64,000 nucleotides of DNA from an uncultured Acidobacteriota bacterium (GTDB lineage: Bacteria; Acidobacteriota; Thermoanaerobaculia; Multivoradales; JAHEKO01): the NCBI GenBank assembly GCA_963713825.1, contig CAVQNG010000003.1, positions 1,632,001-1,696,000 on the forward strand, read 5' to 3'. Numbering within the stretch: the first letter of the stretch is position 1; every line of letters starts with the position of its first letter. Positions 23,020 to 33,879 of the stretch are shown in pieces. The notes under the pieces are model-generated. The model saw nothing but the letters and a program-made list of their open reading frames with translations, made no database searches and had not been told where the DNA came from. The translations under genes were made by a program, and so were the position numbers.

Positions 23020-24564
23020 ATGAAGATCTTGGCGAATTTGCCGATTTGTCTCGTTCTCTTGATGCTCGTCGTTGCGGTCCCTGGATGCTCCAGGAAGTCA
23101 GGAGAGGAAGTGACGGAGACCACCACCGTCGTCGAGGAGGCTGCAGCTCCAGAAGTCGAAACCGCCGAGGAGCTCGAAGAGCCGCCGATCCCACCACCAC
23201 CTCCGCCCGAAGTGATGGCCGGCATCAACAACCCCTGGAAGGGTGACTTCGACGGCATGTTGGAACGCCGGGTCATCCGTGCCCTGGTGGTTTACAGCCC
23301 GACCTCCTTCTTTTTCGATGGCAATCGGCCTCGTGGCATCATGGCCGAGCTGATCCAGGAGCTCCAGAAGAAGATCAACGAGGATCTCGGTAGTGGCACC
23401 CTCCAGGTCCATGTGGTTGCCATTCCGGTGTCTGCCGATCGGTTGATTCCCGATCTGGAGGCTGGGCGCGGCGATCTCGCCGCGAGCGGCATGGCGATCA
23501 CTCCAGGGCGTCTGGAGCGAGTGGACGCTTCGGATCCCCTCTATCCAGATACTCGCGAGCTGGTGGTCAGCGGCCCAGATGTCGAGGGTCCGACGACGAT
23601 TGACGAGCTGTCCGGGCGTGAGATCTGGGTGCGTCAGGGCAGCAGCTACTTCGAGAACCTCGCAAAGCTCAATGAGCGATTGCAGGCTGAAGGTCGCGCA
23701 CCTGTGGAGATTCGGTTGGTGGATGAGAACCTGGAAGACGGGGACATCTTGGAGATGGTAGCGGCGGGGATCTATCCGTTGACTGTCGTAAACGAGATCA
23801 TCGCCGGGCCTTGGGTCGACGCACTCGACGGTCTGGATATGCATGACACCGTGGCCCTGACCGAGGACATCGACCTTGCCTGGATGTTTCGCCAGGGCAG
23901 CCCGGCGCTCGCTCAGATAGTCAACGACTTTGTGGCAGAGAACAAGAAGGGCACGCTTCTCGGCAACATGCTGATCAATCGTTATTTAAAGACGACAAAG
24001 TATGTGAAGAACCCTCAGTCCGAGGAAGACCTGGAGCGGCTACGAGAGATGGTCGGTCTTTTCAAACAGTGGGCCGGTGTATATGACTTCGACTGGCTGA
24101 TGATGGCGGCTCAGGGGTACCAGGAGTCGGGCCTCGATCAGAGCAAGGTGAGCCACGTCGGCGCTGTCGGGGTCATGCAGCTCATGCCGACAACAGCCGA
24201 GGACCCGGCGGTCGGCATCCCCGATGTTCATATTCTCGAAAGGAATGTCGAGGCCGGCAACAAGTACATGCGCTGGATACTCGACAACTATTTCGAGGAC
24301 GCCGACCTGAATGAGATCAACAAACATCTGTTTGCTTTCGCCGCCTATAACGCTGGCCCGAACCGAATCAAGCGACTGCGCGAGCAGGCCGCTGAGGAGG
24401 GATTCGATCCCAACAAGTGGTTTCAGAATGTGGAGATAGTCGTGGCCCGTGAGGTTGGCCGGGAACCGGTGCAGTACGTGAGCAATATCTTCAAGTACTA
24501 CACCGCCTACACGCTCGTCCTCGATGAGCTCGAGAAGGAGACTGGAGAGGCGGGAACTGACTAG
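23020..24564 (+). CDS. mltF: MltF-like lytic transglycosylase (solute-binding plus SLT domains)
   Basis: SBP domain; YQESG catalytic Glu, GAVGVMQLMP, AAYNAGP. Confidence 0.85.
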   Translation: MKILANLPICLVLLMLVVAVPGCSRKSGEEVTETTTVVEEAAAPEVETAEELEEPPIPPPPPPEVMAGINNPWKGDFDGMLERRVIRALVVYSPTSFFFDGNRPRGIMAELIQELQKKINEDLGSGTLQVHVVAIPVSADRLIPDLEAGRGDLAASGMAITPGRLERVDASDPLYPDTRELVVSGPDVEGPTTIDELSGREIWVRQGSSYFENLAKLNERLQAEGRAPVEIRLVDENLEDGDILEMVAAGIYPLTVVNEIIAGPWVDALDGLDMHDTVALTEDIDLAWMFRQGSPALAQIVNDFVAENKKGTLLGNMLINRYLKTTKYVKNPQSEEDLERLREMVGLFKQWAGVYDFDWLMMAAQGYQESGLDQSKVSHVGAVGVMQLMPTTAEDPAVGIPDVHILERNVEAGNKYMRWILDNYFEDADLNEINKHLFAFAAYNAGPNRIKRLREQAAEEGFDPNKWFQNVEIVVAREVGREPVQYVSNIFKYYTAYTLVLDELEKETGEAGTD

Positions 24565-25429
24565 AGCTCCGAAAAGTGGCACCGGATTCGTTCTGGGGTT
24601 GTGCCTCCTCGGCGGCATTGCCGTGGCCGAGGGCGCACTTTCGGAATTCGACATCCAGGGACACCGCGGATGTCGCGGCCTGGCACCCGAGAACACTCTG
24701 ATGGCCTTTGAAAAGGCAATCGAGCTCAGCGTCACGACGCTCGAGCTCGATGTCGTGATGACGCGTGATGGTGTGTTTGCGGTCCACCACGATCTTCAAC
24801 TCAATCCCAAGCTCTGCACGAGTCCCGGTGGCGAGCCGGTTCGCCGTCGACGTTTGGCTGAGCTGGATTTCCGGGACATCTCAGGGCTCGATTGCGGTAG
24901 TCGGCGTGCGGGCAAGTTCCCTGAGCAAACACTGTCACCAGGTGAGCGAATACCCCGATTGGAGGAGGTGCTCGACCTGGCGATCGAAGCGCCCTATCCG
25001 GTTCGACTCAGCATCGAGATCAAGGATTCGACAGCCAAGATGCCGAAGCCCGTCGAGGTGCTCGTTGCGCAGCTCGTAACGCTTCTCCAGGAGCGAGGTC
25101 TGGAACATCGCACTGCCATCCAGAGTACGTCTGGAGCGGTTCTGGTCGAGGTCAGGAAGCGGGAGCCCGCCTTGGGGCGAGCTCTCGTGGTCGAGGCGGC
25201 CAGTGCGAAACGTTGGGTAGAGGATGGGACTGCGACGATCGTGTCGAGGAAACACCTCTATCTCGACCGCGGCGAAGTCGAGAGGCTCCAGGGAAAGGGG
25301 GTTCTCGTGATCCCCTGGACGGTGAACAAACCCAAGGCTATTCAGAAAATGATGCATTGGGGCGTCGACGGTCTCATCACCGACTACCCGGATCGGGCTC
25401 TCTTCCTCCTGAGAGATCAGGATCCATAA
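24524..25429 (+). CDS. glycerophosphodiester phosphodiesterase
   Basis: GHRGCRGLAPENT, LELD, HHD, IEIK, WTVN, GLITDYP; start uncertain. Confidence 0.9.
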   Translation: MSSRRRLERRELTRAPKSGTGFVLGLCLLGGIAVAEGALSEFDIQGHRGCRGLAPENTLMAFEKAIELSVTTLELDVVMTRDGVFAVHHDLQLNPKLCTSPGGEPVRRRRLAELDFRDISGLDCGSRRAGKFPEQTLSPGERIPRLEEVLDLAIEAPYPVRLSIEIKDSTAKMPKPVEVLVAQLVTLLQERGLEHRTAIQSTSGAVLVEVRKREPALGRALVVEAASAKRWVEDGTATIVSRKHLYLDRGEVERLQGKGVLVIPWTVNKPKAIQKMMHWGVDGLITDYPDRALFLLRDQDP

Positions 25430-25433
25430 AACA

Positions 25434-25465
25434 AGGCGGCGGTCCCTTGCAGGAACCGCCGCCCT
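25434..25465. terminator. hairpin between convergent genes
   Basis: GGCGGCGGT..ACCGCCGCC stem. Confidence 0.65.
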
Positions 25466-25492
25466 GATTGACTCCAGTAGAAGAGCCTACGC

Positions 25493-26191
25493 TCAGTCCT
25501 TGAGCTTCTGGAGGAACTCCTCGAGCTTGGCCCACTGGTCCTTGGCCCAATCCGCCATATCGGCCACACCGCCACTGACCAGGATGACCTTGCGGTAGGT
25601 CGAAACCTGGTCCCAGTTGACGACGCTCCACCAGGCCTCGAGGTAGTCCGGTCGGCGATTCTGGTACTTCAGGTAGTAGGCATGCTCCCAGACGTCGACA
25701 CCCAGAATCGGGAAGACACCCTCGGTGAAGATTGGGTTGTCCTGATTGGCCGTCGTGGTAATCATGAGCTTGCCGTCTTTGCCGACGCACAGCCAGGCCC
25801 AGCCGCTACCGAACACTCCGCCGGCCGCCTTCGCAAAGGCCTGCTTGAACGCGTCGAAGGAGCCGAAGTCTTCGTCGATGGCTGTCGCCAGACCACCGGA
25901 CGGAGCGCCTCCACAGTCGGGGCCCATGATCGTCCAGAACATGGTGTGGTTGACGTGGCCGCCGCCATGGTTGCGCACGGCGCCGCGAATGTCATCAGGA
26001 ATGGCGTCGAGATCGAGGATCAGCTCCAGCGCCGTCTGCTCGAACAGCTCCGGGTGCTTCTCGACCGCGGCGTTGAGATTGTTGACGTAAGCCTGATGAT
26101 GCTTGTCATGGTGAATCGCCATGGTGTCCGCATCGATGTACGGCTCCAGGGCGTTGGGACTGTAGGGTAGGTCGGGCAGTTTGTAAGCCAT
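25493..26191 (-). CDS. sodA: superoxide dismutase, Mn-type signature
   Basis: [33 protein letters not shown]. Confidence 0.93.
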   Translation of the reverse strand: MAYKLPDLPYSPNALEPYIDADTMAIHHDKHHQAYVNNLNAAVEKHPELFEQTALELILDLDAIPDDIRGAVRNHGGGHVNHTMFWTIMGPDCGGAPSGGLATAIDEDFGSFDAFKQAFAKAAGGVFGSGWAWLCVGKDGKLMITTTANQDNPIFTEGVFPILGVDVWEHAYYLKYQNRRPDYLEAWWSVVNWDQVSTYRKVILVSGGVADMADWAKDQWAKLEEFLQKLKD

Positions 26192-26357
26192 TCGGTTCTC
26201 TCTTTCTCCTTTGTAGTGATATGCGGACAGAGATTATAGCTCGACAGCGAGACTCGGTTGGCACCTGGGACCCGATGGGCAAAGAAGGGGCCGCATCGAC
26301 CCCGTGCGGAGCGCGGATGCGGCCCGATCTCCAGAATCGGCTGGTAGCTTCGTCAGC

Positions 26358-27716
26358 TCATGGAACTGTAGCGCTCCAAGCCGTGGTGTCGCCACTCTCG
26401 AAGCCGTCTTCGAAGATGACATCGACTGCCGCGCCGATGGCGTTGTTGGGCAGGTTGGCTCCCAGGTCGGTGATCAGCAGGGGAACGGCGACACCCCGGT
26501 TCGGGTCGTCGAAAGCGGTGCCACCGCAGGAGTTACTCCCCCGGCAATGGTGCAGTGCCACCACGAGGTTGTCGCCGTATGCGAGGACCGCCGAACCAGA
26601 TGATCCTCCTTCGGTATCCATGAAGTAGCCGACATCGGGGCTCGCCCCGCCAGAGCAAGCCGGTTCGGTCAGACTATCCACTTCGTTGAAGCCGGTGGGG
26701 TTCTCGGAATACGTCGAGAGGACAGCCAGCTCCTTGCCTCTGCCGCCGGGGTGCTGTGGTGAGTAGATTCGCTCTTCGAGCACTGCGCCCGTCTCCCTCA
26801 GTTGCATGAAGCCATAGGTAGTACTGAGATTGCCTGGCAACTTGACCAGTGCGTAGTCGAGAGTGGCATTGTCCTGGACGAGCGTTCCGTCTGTGGCCTC
26901 GATGGTTCCGTCGCAGCCCAGTTGAGGGCAGTCGGTTGCGCAGGAGGCTCCCTCGGCCATGAACTCGTAGTCGGTGTCATCGGCTTCCGCTTGGTCCGTG
27001 ATGCAGTGTTCGTTGGTCATCATGTGACCCTCGTCACCGAGTAGCCAACCTGTACAAAGGAACGAGCTGAGCCCCTTGCGGGTGAGGAGTCGGACGACCG
27101 CCCTGGCTTCTTCATACATTTCCGGTTCGGAGTCCTTGTAGCAGACCGCATTCTCCTTGTCGTCATCGGTGCAGACCGCTTCGATATCGCTCTCCTCCTC
27201 GCCCAACTCGACAGCCGAAAAACCCCGCCCGTAGTAGTCGATTGTGAACCCGAAGGCGCTCGCGGGCCCCTTGGCCCAGAGCTCGACGATGGCTCTTTCT
27301 CCGGTAATGTGGATGCCCCAGAAGCCACCATTTCCTTCCTTACCTCGTTCTTTCTTGCCAAAACCCTCATAGCGCCAAGAGCGCGAATAGTCGGGCGACC
27401 GGACGATCACATAGTCACCCTTGGCCAGCTCGAAACGGCCGAAGTGAGGAGAAACGAAGCTCGCTCCAGGATGGTAGATCTGCCGCGAAAACACGAGCTG
27501 GGCCTTCGTAGTGGACAGGCCGACGTAAGGGTGGGGGGTGTCGATACGGGTTTCGACTGAATCACCGACTCGAGTGGCACCCTGCTGGACATTCGGTGCA
27601 GGGAACGCATCATAAGTAGCCAGTGAGTCTCGGCAAACACCGACCTCCTGACTGGTGGCGACTCCAGTTGCGGCCAAGAACACTGCGATGGTGATGAGGC
27701 TGAGATTCTTCATCAT
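26358..27716 (-). CDS. secreted trypsin-like serine protease (lysyl endopeptidase-like) with C-terminal FEDGFESGD tag
   Basis: Signal peptide; TNEHC, LDYAL, TEGGSSGS triad; ends VIFEDGFESGDTTAWSATVP. Confidence 0.85.
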   Translation of the reverse strand: MMKNLSLITIAVFLAATGVATSQEVGVCRDSLATYDAFPAPNVQQGATRVGDSVETRIDTPHPYVGLSTTKAQLVFSRQIYHPGASFVSPHFGRFELAKGDYVIVRSPDYSRSWRYEGFGKKERGKEGNGGFWGIHITGERAIVELWAKGPASAFGFTIDYYGRGFSAVELGEEESDIEAVCTDDDKENAVCYKDSEPEMYEEARAVVRLLTRKGLSSFLCTGWLLGDEGHMMTNEHCITDQAEADDTDYEFMAEGASCATDCPQLGCDGTIEATDGTLVQDNATLDYALVKLPGNLSTTYGFMQLRETGAVLEERIYSPQHPGGRGKELAVLSTYSENPTGFNEVDSLTEPACSGGASPDVGYFMDTEGGSSGSAVLAYGDNLVVALHHCRGSNSCGGTAFDDPNRGVAVPLLITDLGANLPNNAIGAAVDVIFEDGFESGDTTAWSATVP

Positions 27717-27880
27717 GAGCTCTCCTCCAGGGATTGTGAGTTCACCCCTCCACGAATCGGAGCACTCATCGTAACACTGGAAATGGCAGACGCGGTGCAT
27801 GGCCCTGCTCGCATCGAGCGACTGTCGCCCGGCAACGAAATTCATTAGAGTGAGCGGGAACTGCCTTGGAGGGGGAGATC

Positions 27881-28705
27881 ATGATGAGGAGAGTCTCGAT
27901 CGCATGTCTTCTGGCATTGACGGCATCCGGCGCCTCGGCGCACGACATGTTCCTGGTGCTGTCCGAACACAGCCTGCCGCCGGAGTCGGCGGTCAGCGTT
28001 GCGCTCTACAACGGTACCTTCGACAAGAGTGAGAACGCTATCGCGAGAGATCGGATGACCGATGTCTCGGTGGTCGATGGCGATTCCACAGTTAGCCACC
28101 CGGCAATCGGACAATGGCGAGACGAGGGAACGGTAGCCATCCTGGACTTCAAGACCGGCGCGCCGGGGACCTATCTCGTCGGGATTTCAACCGCGGCCAA
28201 CATGATCGAGCTGACGGCCGAGGAGTTCGACGACTACCTGAAGCACGATGGCGTGCTCGACGTCCTGGAAGCTCGACAGCACGAGGGCAACCTGACCGGG
28301 CCGGTGCGAGAACGGTATTCGAAGCACGTCAAGACGATTCTCCAGGTCGGTGATGCGGTGACCGATTCCCAGTCCTTCAAGTTGGGCTACCCCATCGAGA
28401 TCGTGCCCCTCGCCAATCCTGCCTCACTCGATATCGGCGACAGTCTCGAGTTTCTCGTGCTCGCTGACGGTATACCGGTCGCGGATCAGTTGGTCTATGC
28501 CAGCTACGAGGGCTTCCACAGTCACGACGAGAGTGGGACCCATCGGGAGGCCGCGAGCGCCCGGACCGACGATGAGGGGATCGTGAAGGTCGAGCTGTCG
28601 AAGGCAGGTCGTTGGTACGTCCGCCTTATCCGGATGCTACCGGTGGACGAGGCCGGTGCGGACTACGAGTCCAACTGGGCCACCCTGACCTTCGAGATCG
28701 ACTAG
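27881..28705 (+). CDS. DUF4198 periplasmic protein (Ni/Co-uptake-associated family)
   Basis: Signal ending SA-HDMFL, YSKHVKT, EIVPLANP, TDDEG, WATLTF. Confidence 0.8.
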   Translation: MMRRVSIACLLALTASGASAHDMFLVLSEHSLPPESAVSVALYNGTFDKSENAIARDRMTDVSVVDGDSTVSHPAIGQWRDEGTVAILDFKTGAPGTYLVGISTAANMIELTAEEFDDYLKHDGVLDVLEARQHEGNLTGPVRERYSKHVKTILQVGDAVTDSQSFKLGYPIEIVPLANPASLDIGDSLEFLVLADGIPVADQLVYASYEGFHSHDESGTHREAASARTDDEGIVKVELSKAGRWYVRLIRMLPVDEAGADYESNWATLTFEID

Positions 28706-28732
28706 CTGGCCTGATCGACAAGCGAGCCGGTC

Positions 28733-31700
28733 TTAGTCGGGCAGCTTCCGGCCGGGCGTCCACGCGGCACCCGCCGCTTCGAGTTTGGCCTCGAAGCCCG
28801 GCAGGTCTGTTTCCAACATCTCGGACAGCTCTCCGAGGAGCCCCGCGAATTCGCTACGAGCCACCTCCAGGCTCTGCCGCTGGGTAGCGGTTGGAGTCTG
28901 CCGCGTATCCCAATGTCCGCCAGCGACCTGACCGACTCGCCGCCGAATCGACGGCACCGAAGGCTCGTTCCACTTGCCTCGAATCTGGTCACCGTTGAGT
29001 CGGAGTCGGAGACTCGCCAATGACGCACCGATCCCGTCGAGCTCCGTGAACAGTCCGGGGTCCGCCGCAGGGGTGTCACGCAAGGCCCGGCGCAGATAGG
29101 GTAGCCGGTCTTCGGCTCGCTGCAGCTCCTCGGCCGCGCCGGCGACCTGTCGGTACAGCTCGGCTGTCTCGGCTTGAAATGCCGTTACCGTCTGGAAGTC
29201 GGGCATCGCGAGACTGAACCCCGGCAGGGGCTTCACTTCGAAGCCACGAGCCTCGGCCAGTTCCACAACACCCTCACTCGTCAGCAAGGCGAGCTCGACC
29301 CGATAGCTCCCTGGGCCTGCAAATGGTCCCCGGGGTGGGTCCCACCAGGGTGGCATGAACGCTGGAGGTGCCAGCTCGATCGGGTCGGCTGGCGGCAGTC
29401 TTAGATCCCAGCTGACGCGGTGAATCCCCGCCTCTGCCGGCCCTTCGATCCTTCGCACAGCCTGGCCCTGGGAGTCCCGAACGGTCAGCAGCACCATGGG
29501 CCCCTGCTCGAGGGCTTCCGCGTGCAGCGTCTCCCAGCCTGGGAAAGGTGCGTCTTCAGCGTTCTCCCGGAGGTCCTTTTCTCGTTCCTGCCGTTGCTCC
29601 TTCGAGGTCTTGGGAGCTTCCTTCAGGTAGTAGGTGAAAGTGGCTCCGTACGGCGGGTTCGCCGCCGCATAGTCGTCACTTCCCAGGGAGGGCTTGCCTG
29701 CCGCCTGACCTGGAACCGAGGGCACGTACCACCAAGCGTCTCGCACCGAGAACAGAGCCGCATCGTCGTCGAGAGCGCCGTCGGCGATGTCGCGCAAGGC
29801 GGAGTAGTCATCGAGGACATAGAAGCCGCGGCCGAAGGTGGCTCCCACGACATCGTTCTCTCGCCGCTGGATCTTCACGTCCCTGAAGGAGATCGTCGGC
29901 ACGCCGCCTTCCAGGCGGATCCAGTTGCGACCCCGATCGGGTGTGAAATAGAGGCCGAATTCCGTCCCGATGAAAAGAAGGTCCGGATCGACATGGTCCT
30001 GGGCAATCGCCCAGACGATGGTGCTCTCCGGCAGATTGCCGGTGATGGACCGCCAGGTTCTACCCCGATCCGAGCTCTCGAAGAGCAACGGTCGGAAGTC
30101 TCCTGTCTTGTGTGCGTCGAGCGCGGCGAAGACGGTGTCGGGATCGTGCAGGGAGGCCTCGATGTCGTTGACGAAAGAGAGGTCGGGGACTCCCGGGAGC
30201 GCCTCGACGGCCCGCCAGTCGCTGCCGCCTTCGCTGACTTGAATCAGGCCGTCGTCGGATCCCGCATAGAGAAGTCCTTCCACCAGTGGCGACTCGGAGA
30301 CCGTGGTGAGCGTGGCGTACATGGACATGGCGCCGTTGTCGTAGAGCGCATCGATGCTCCATACACGGCCCGCCATCTCGAGCTCGTAGCGATTTCGATT
30401 GCGCGTCAGATCGCCGCTGACGGGAGTCCAGGAATCGCCCCGGTCATCACTGCGCCAGAGTCGCTGGGAGCCGAAGTACAGGCGGCTGGAGGAGTGGGGA
30501 CTGATCATCAAGGGCGCATCCCAGTTCCAGCGCTCGGGTGGATCGCCGGGGGAAGGAACGGGACGGATGTCCAAGAGCTCGTGACTCAAGCGGTCATAGC
30601 GGTTGAGGCGCCCCACCTGGATCTCCATGTAGGCCAGATTCGGGTCCTCCGGGTCGAAGGCACAGGAATAGCCGTCCGCGCCGAGCGGCACGAACCAGTC
30701 GCGGTTGCGGACGCCTTCGGTATTGGTCGTGCGAGAGGGTCCAAGCAGGGTTCCGAGATCCTGCGCCCCGCCGAGGATGTTGTAGAAAGGCTCGGCCGTA
30801 TCCAGGGCCAATTTGTAGAACTGGGAGATTGGCAGATTCGGGAACTGTCGCCAGTGAGCTCCTTCGTCGAAGCTCTCATACAGGCTCGCGTCGGTGCCGA
30901 CGATCAGGTGATCGGGATCTTCCGGATCGAGAACCAGAGCGTGGTTGTCGCTGTGCTTCTCGCGCCCGGTGCCGAGAATCTCGAAGTTGGCGCCACCGTC
31001 GTAGGTCACGTGGAGGAAGACATCCATCTGGTAGACCCGGCCGACTTCGGTGGGCGAGGCCACGATCTCCTGGTAGTAGTGCGGTCCGGTACCGTTCGAG
31101 ATGTACTCGTTACGCTTCTCCCAACTCTCGCCACGATCCCGCGATCGATAGAAGCCGCGTTCGTCTTCGGCCGCCTCGATGGTGGCGTAGACGATGTCGG
31201 GATCGGCGGGGGAGACGGCGAGGCCGATCTTGCCCATGTCCCCATTCGGCAGGCCCTTTTCGATTCGACGCCACGTCTCGCCGGCATCGGTCGACTTGTA
31301 GATCCCCGAGCTCGGGCCGCCCGCCAGAAGCGACCAGATATGACGTCGACGCTGGTAGGCGGCGGCGTAGAGCACGTCGGGATTGCGCGGGTCGATCTCG
31401 ACGTCGGTGACGCCGGTGTTCTCGTCGATGGCCAGCACCTGAGTCCAGGTCTGCCCGCCGTCGGCGGTCTTGTAGAGACCCCGCTCGCCGCCAGAGGACC
31501 ACAGGGGCCCCTCGGCAGCCACATAGACAACGTTGCCATCGCGGGGATCGACGACGATCTTGCCGATGTGCTCGGAAGTCTCCAGTCCCAGTGGCTGCCA
31601 GGACTGTCCACCGTCGGGGCTCTTGTAGACACCATCGCCCCAGCCGACGTGTCGGCCGCTGACGTTCTCACCGGTGCCGACCCAGACCACATCCGGATCC

Positions 31701-32056
31701 GAGGGGTCGATGGTCACGCAGCCCACCGAGTAGGAGGGTTGGTCGTCGAAGACCGGTGTCCAGGTGACTCCCGCGTTGTCCGTCTTCCAGACACCACCGG
31801 AGCCGACCGCCACGTACCAGGTGCTGCGATCGCGTGGGCTGACAGCGATGTCGGCGATTCGCCCGCCCATCAACGCCGGGCCGACGCTTCGCAGCGCGAG
31901 GCCCTTCAGAGTCGCGGCCGTGAGACCGCCTTCGTTGCCCTCCGTAGCCGAGAGAGCCGGAATGGAGAATGCGACGGCTAGAAGTAGAAGACCGATCAGT
32001 GACCTGGAAGCGTAGCGGTGCACAAGTCCCTCCGTTTCGGTGCGGTTCAAAATCAC
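28733..32056 (-). CDS. secreted VPS10/BNR-repeat glycosyl hydrolase-like protein
   Basis: GPALMGGRIAD, Asp-boxes, GAQD, ATFGRG, C-terminal coiled coil ending WTPGR. Confidence 0.85.
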   Translation of the reverse strand: MILNRTETEGLVHRYASRSLIGLLLLAVAFSIPALSATEGNEGGLTAATLKGLALRSVGPALMGGRIADIAVSPRDRSTWYVAVGSGGVWKTDNAGVTWTPVFDDQPSYSVGCVTIDPSDPDVVWVGTGENVSGRHVGWGDGVYKSPDGGQSWQPLGLETSEHIGKIVVDPRDGNVVYVAAEGPLWSSGGERGLYKTADGGQTWTQVLAIDENTGVTDVEIDPRNPDVLYAAAYQRRRHIWSLLAGGPSSGIYKSTDAGETWRRIEKGLPNGDMGKIGLAVSPADPDIVYATIEAAEDERGFYRSRDRGESWEKRNEYISNGTGPHYYQEIVASPTEVGRVYQMDVFLHVTYDGGANFEILGTGREKHSDNHALVLDPEDPDHLIVGTDASLYESFDEGAHWRQFPNLPISQFYKLALDTAEPFYNILGGAQDLGTLLGPSRTTNTEGVRNRDWFVPLGADGYSCAFDPEDPNLAYMEIQVGRLNRYDRLSHELLDIRPVPSPGDPPERWNWDAPLMISPHSSSRLYFGSQRLWRSDDRGDSWTPVSGDLTRNRNRYELEMAGRVWSIDALYDNGAMSMYATLTTVSESPLVEGLLYAGSDDGLIQVSEGGSDWRAVEALPGVPDLSFVNDIEASLHDPDTVFAALDAHKTGDFRPLLFESSDRGRTWRSITGNLPESTIVWAIAQDHVDPDLLFIGTEFGLYFTPDRGRNWIRLEGGVPTISFRDVKIQRRENDVVGATFGRGFYVLDDYSALRDIADGALDDDAALFSVRDAWWYVPSVPGQAAGKPSLGSDDYAAANPPYGATFTYYLKEAPKTSKEQRQEREKDLRENAEDAPFPGWETLHAEALEQGPMVLLTVRDSQGQAVRRIEGPAEAGIHRVSWDLRLPPADPIELAPPAFMPPWWDPPRGPFAGPGSYRVELALLTSEGVVELAEARGFEVKPLPGFSLAMPDFQTVTAFQAETAELYRQVAGAAEELQRAEDRLPYLRRALRDTPAADPGLFTELDGIGASLASLRLRLNGDQIRGKWNEPSVPSIRRRVGQVAGGHWDTRQTPTATQRQSLEVARSEFAGLLGELSEMLETDLPGFEAKLEAAGAAWTPGRKLPD

Positions 32057-32166
32057 CGCCAGAGACTATCCCGAAACGAAGGTTCGAGAGCTCCGGACTC
32101 GTGGTTCTGTCCCCGGCTCGAGGTGTGCGCTCGAGATGCCTGGACTGGTCTCTTGGTTTTCCTGGC

Positions 32167-33390
32167 TCAGTCGGAGTCGATGCCGACAGGGAGAGGCTCG
32201 CCCTGTTGGACAGCGTCGAGTGCCGCACTGAGGTCCTGAATCAAGTCCGCGGTGTCCTCGCAGCCGACCGCGAGTCGGATCAAGTTGTCATCGATCCCGG
32301 CCTGTTCTCGCGCCTCCTGAGGCAGGCTGGCATGGGTCATCGAGGCCGGGTGCTCGATCAGGGTCTCGACCCCGCCAAGCGAAACCGCGAGAGTTGGGAT
32401 CTTCACCTGTTCCATCAAGAAGCGACCGGCTTCGAGCCCACCGTGGACCCCAAAGCAGAGGATAGCTCCGGGTCCGTCCATCTGCTCCTCGGCCAGCTCG
32501 CGCTGAGGGTGATCCGAGGCTCCCGGATACCTCACCCACTCCACTGCGGGATGGCCATGAAGAGTCTCTGAAAGAGCGATAGCACTCTTCTGCGCCTGGG
32601 CGACTCGCAATCCAAGGGTCTTGAGGCCACGGTGTACCAGCCAGGCCTGGTGAGGGTCGATGCAGCCTCCGTGGTGGTTGAGCACGTCTCGGATGGCCTT
32701 CCTTTGCGGCTCCGTGGAAGTCACGATGATGCCGGCCACGACATCGGCATGCCCATTCAGAAATTTGGTCATGCTGTGCACGACGATGTTGGCGCCGAGC
32801 TCGAGGGGCCGCTGCAACACGGGGGTGGCGAAGGTGTTGTCGACGACGAGCACCAGCTCATGCTGTCGGGCGATCTCGGCGCATTTCCTGATGTCGGTGA
32901 GGCGGATCGTCGGGTTCTCGGGCGTCTCGATGTAGAGCACTCGGGTCTCGGGGCGGACCGCGGCACGAATGTTCTCGGTATTCGTGGTGTCGACGAAGTC
33001 CGATTGCACCGCAAATCTCCTCAGGTGCTTCTCCACGAGAACTCGAGAGGGGCCGTAGACCGAATCCGTTCCGACCAGGTGGGCACCTGCTTCCAGATAG
33101 GTGAGCAGAACCGTGGTGATGGCAGCCATCCCGGAGCTGGTGGCCAAGCCAGCATGACCGCCCTCCATCGACGCGATCGCACCTTCGAGGGCGGCCACAG
33201 TCGGGTTGCCCATGCGGGTGTAGATGTAACCACTCTCGTCTCCCCGGAAGCGGGCGGCACCCTGATCGACGCCCTCGAAGGCAAACGTCGAGGATTGGTA
33301 GATGGGGACCGAAACCCCTCCATGAAGGGGATCTGGCTCGCACCCGGCGTGAACGGACTGGGTATTGAATCCACCTTTTTCCTGGCTCAT
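32167..33390 (-). CDS. PLP-dependent trans-sulfuration enzyme (methionine gamma-lyase / cystathionine gamma-lyase family)
   Basis: PIYQSSTF, YTRMGNPT, SSGMAA, DNTF, SMTKFLNGH (PLP Lys), AVSLGG, HPASMTH; Cys position appears replaced (YGPS), so substrate uncertain. Confidence 0.9.
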   Translation of the reverse strand: MSQEKGGFNTQSVHAGCEPDPLHGGVSVPIYQSSTFAFEGVDQGAARFRGDESGYIYTRMGNPTVAALEGAIASMEGGHAGLATSSGMAAITTVLLTYLEAGAHLVGTDSVYGPSRVLVEKHLRRFAVQSDFVDTTNTENIRAAVRPETRVLYIETPENPTIRLTDIRKCAEIARQHELVLVVDNTFATPVLQRPLELGANIVVHSMTKFLNGHADVVAGIIVTSTEPQRKAIRDVLNHHGGCIDPHQAWLVHRGLKTLGLRVAQAQKSAIALSETLHGHPAVEWVRYPGASDHPQRELAEEQMDGPGAILCFGVHGGLEAGRFLMEQVKIPTLAVSLGGVETLIEHPASMTHASLPQEAREQAGIDDNLIRLAVGCEDTADLIQDLSAALDAVQQGEPLPVGIDSD

Positions 33391-33402
33391 CAGTGTGCCC
33401 TC

Positions 33403-33879
33403 CTACGAGTGAACTTTGGATCTCATGCTGCGAACCGGACGATCCGAATGATCATGGCCATGGCCATCTCCACAGCAGTGTCCTCGACCATGACCCCTCC
33501 CCGCGCCATGAGCGCCTCCTGGCCTGCCTCCACCGCAAACCTCGTCAGCCGACAGCTTGCGCAGCTGGCCGAGACGCAACGCCTCGAGGATCTCCCCTAC
33601 CGTTCCAGGCTCTGGGATCAAGACGTCTATCCCAGCTTCCTGCAGTCCGGCGAAGGCCCGGCGGCCAAGACCCGCACAAGCGACAGCATTGATGTCATGA
33701 GCCCGCAGCTCATCGACATGGTGGCAGCCTCGAGGATGGGAATGAAGCCCGAGATTGCCCATGACCTGCAGGTCTCCGCTGTCGACCTCCACAATCGTGA
33801 AGAACGGGGCACTGCCGAAATGACTGAACAGTTGCGACTCGAGTCCCAGGTCATCCTGGGTCGGAATACAGATCTTCAT
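33403..33879 (-). CDS. NifB/NifX-family metal-cluster-binding protein
   Basis: MKICIP...HFGSAPFF...GLGRRAF..LQEAGI; Gly/His/Cys-rich tail; ATG 33879. Confidence 0.88.
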   Translation of the reverse strand: MKICIPTQDDLGLESQLFSHFGSAPFFTIVEVDSGDLQVMGNLGLHSHPRGCHHVDELRAHDINAVACAGLGRRAFAGLQEAGIDVLIPEPGTVGEILEALRLGQLRKLSADEVCGGGRPGGAHGAGRGHGRGHCCGDGHGHDHSDRPVRSMRSKVHS

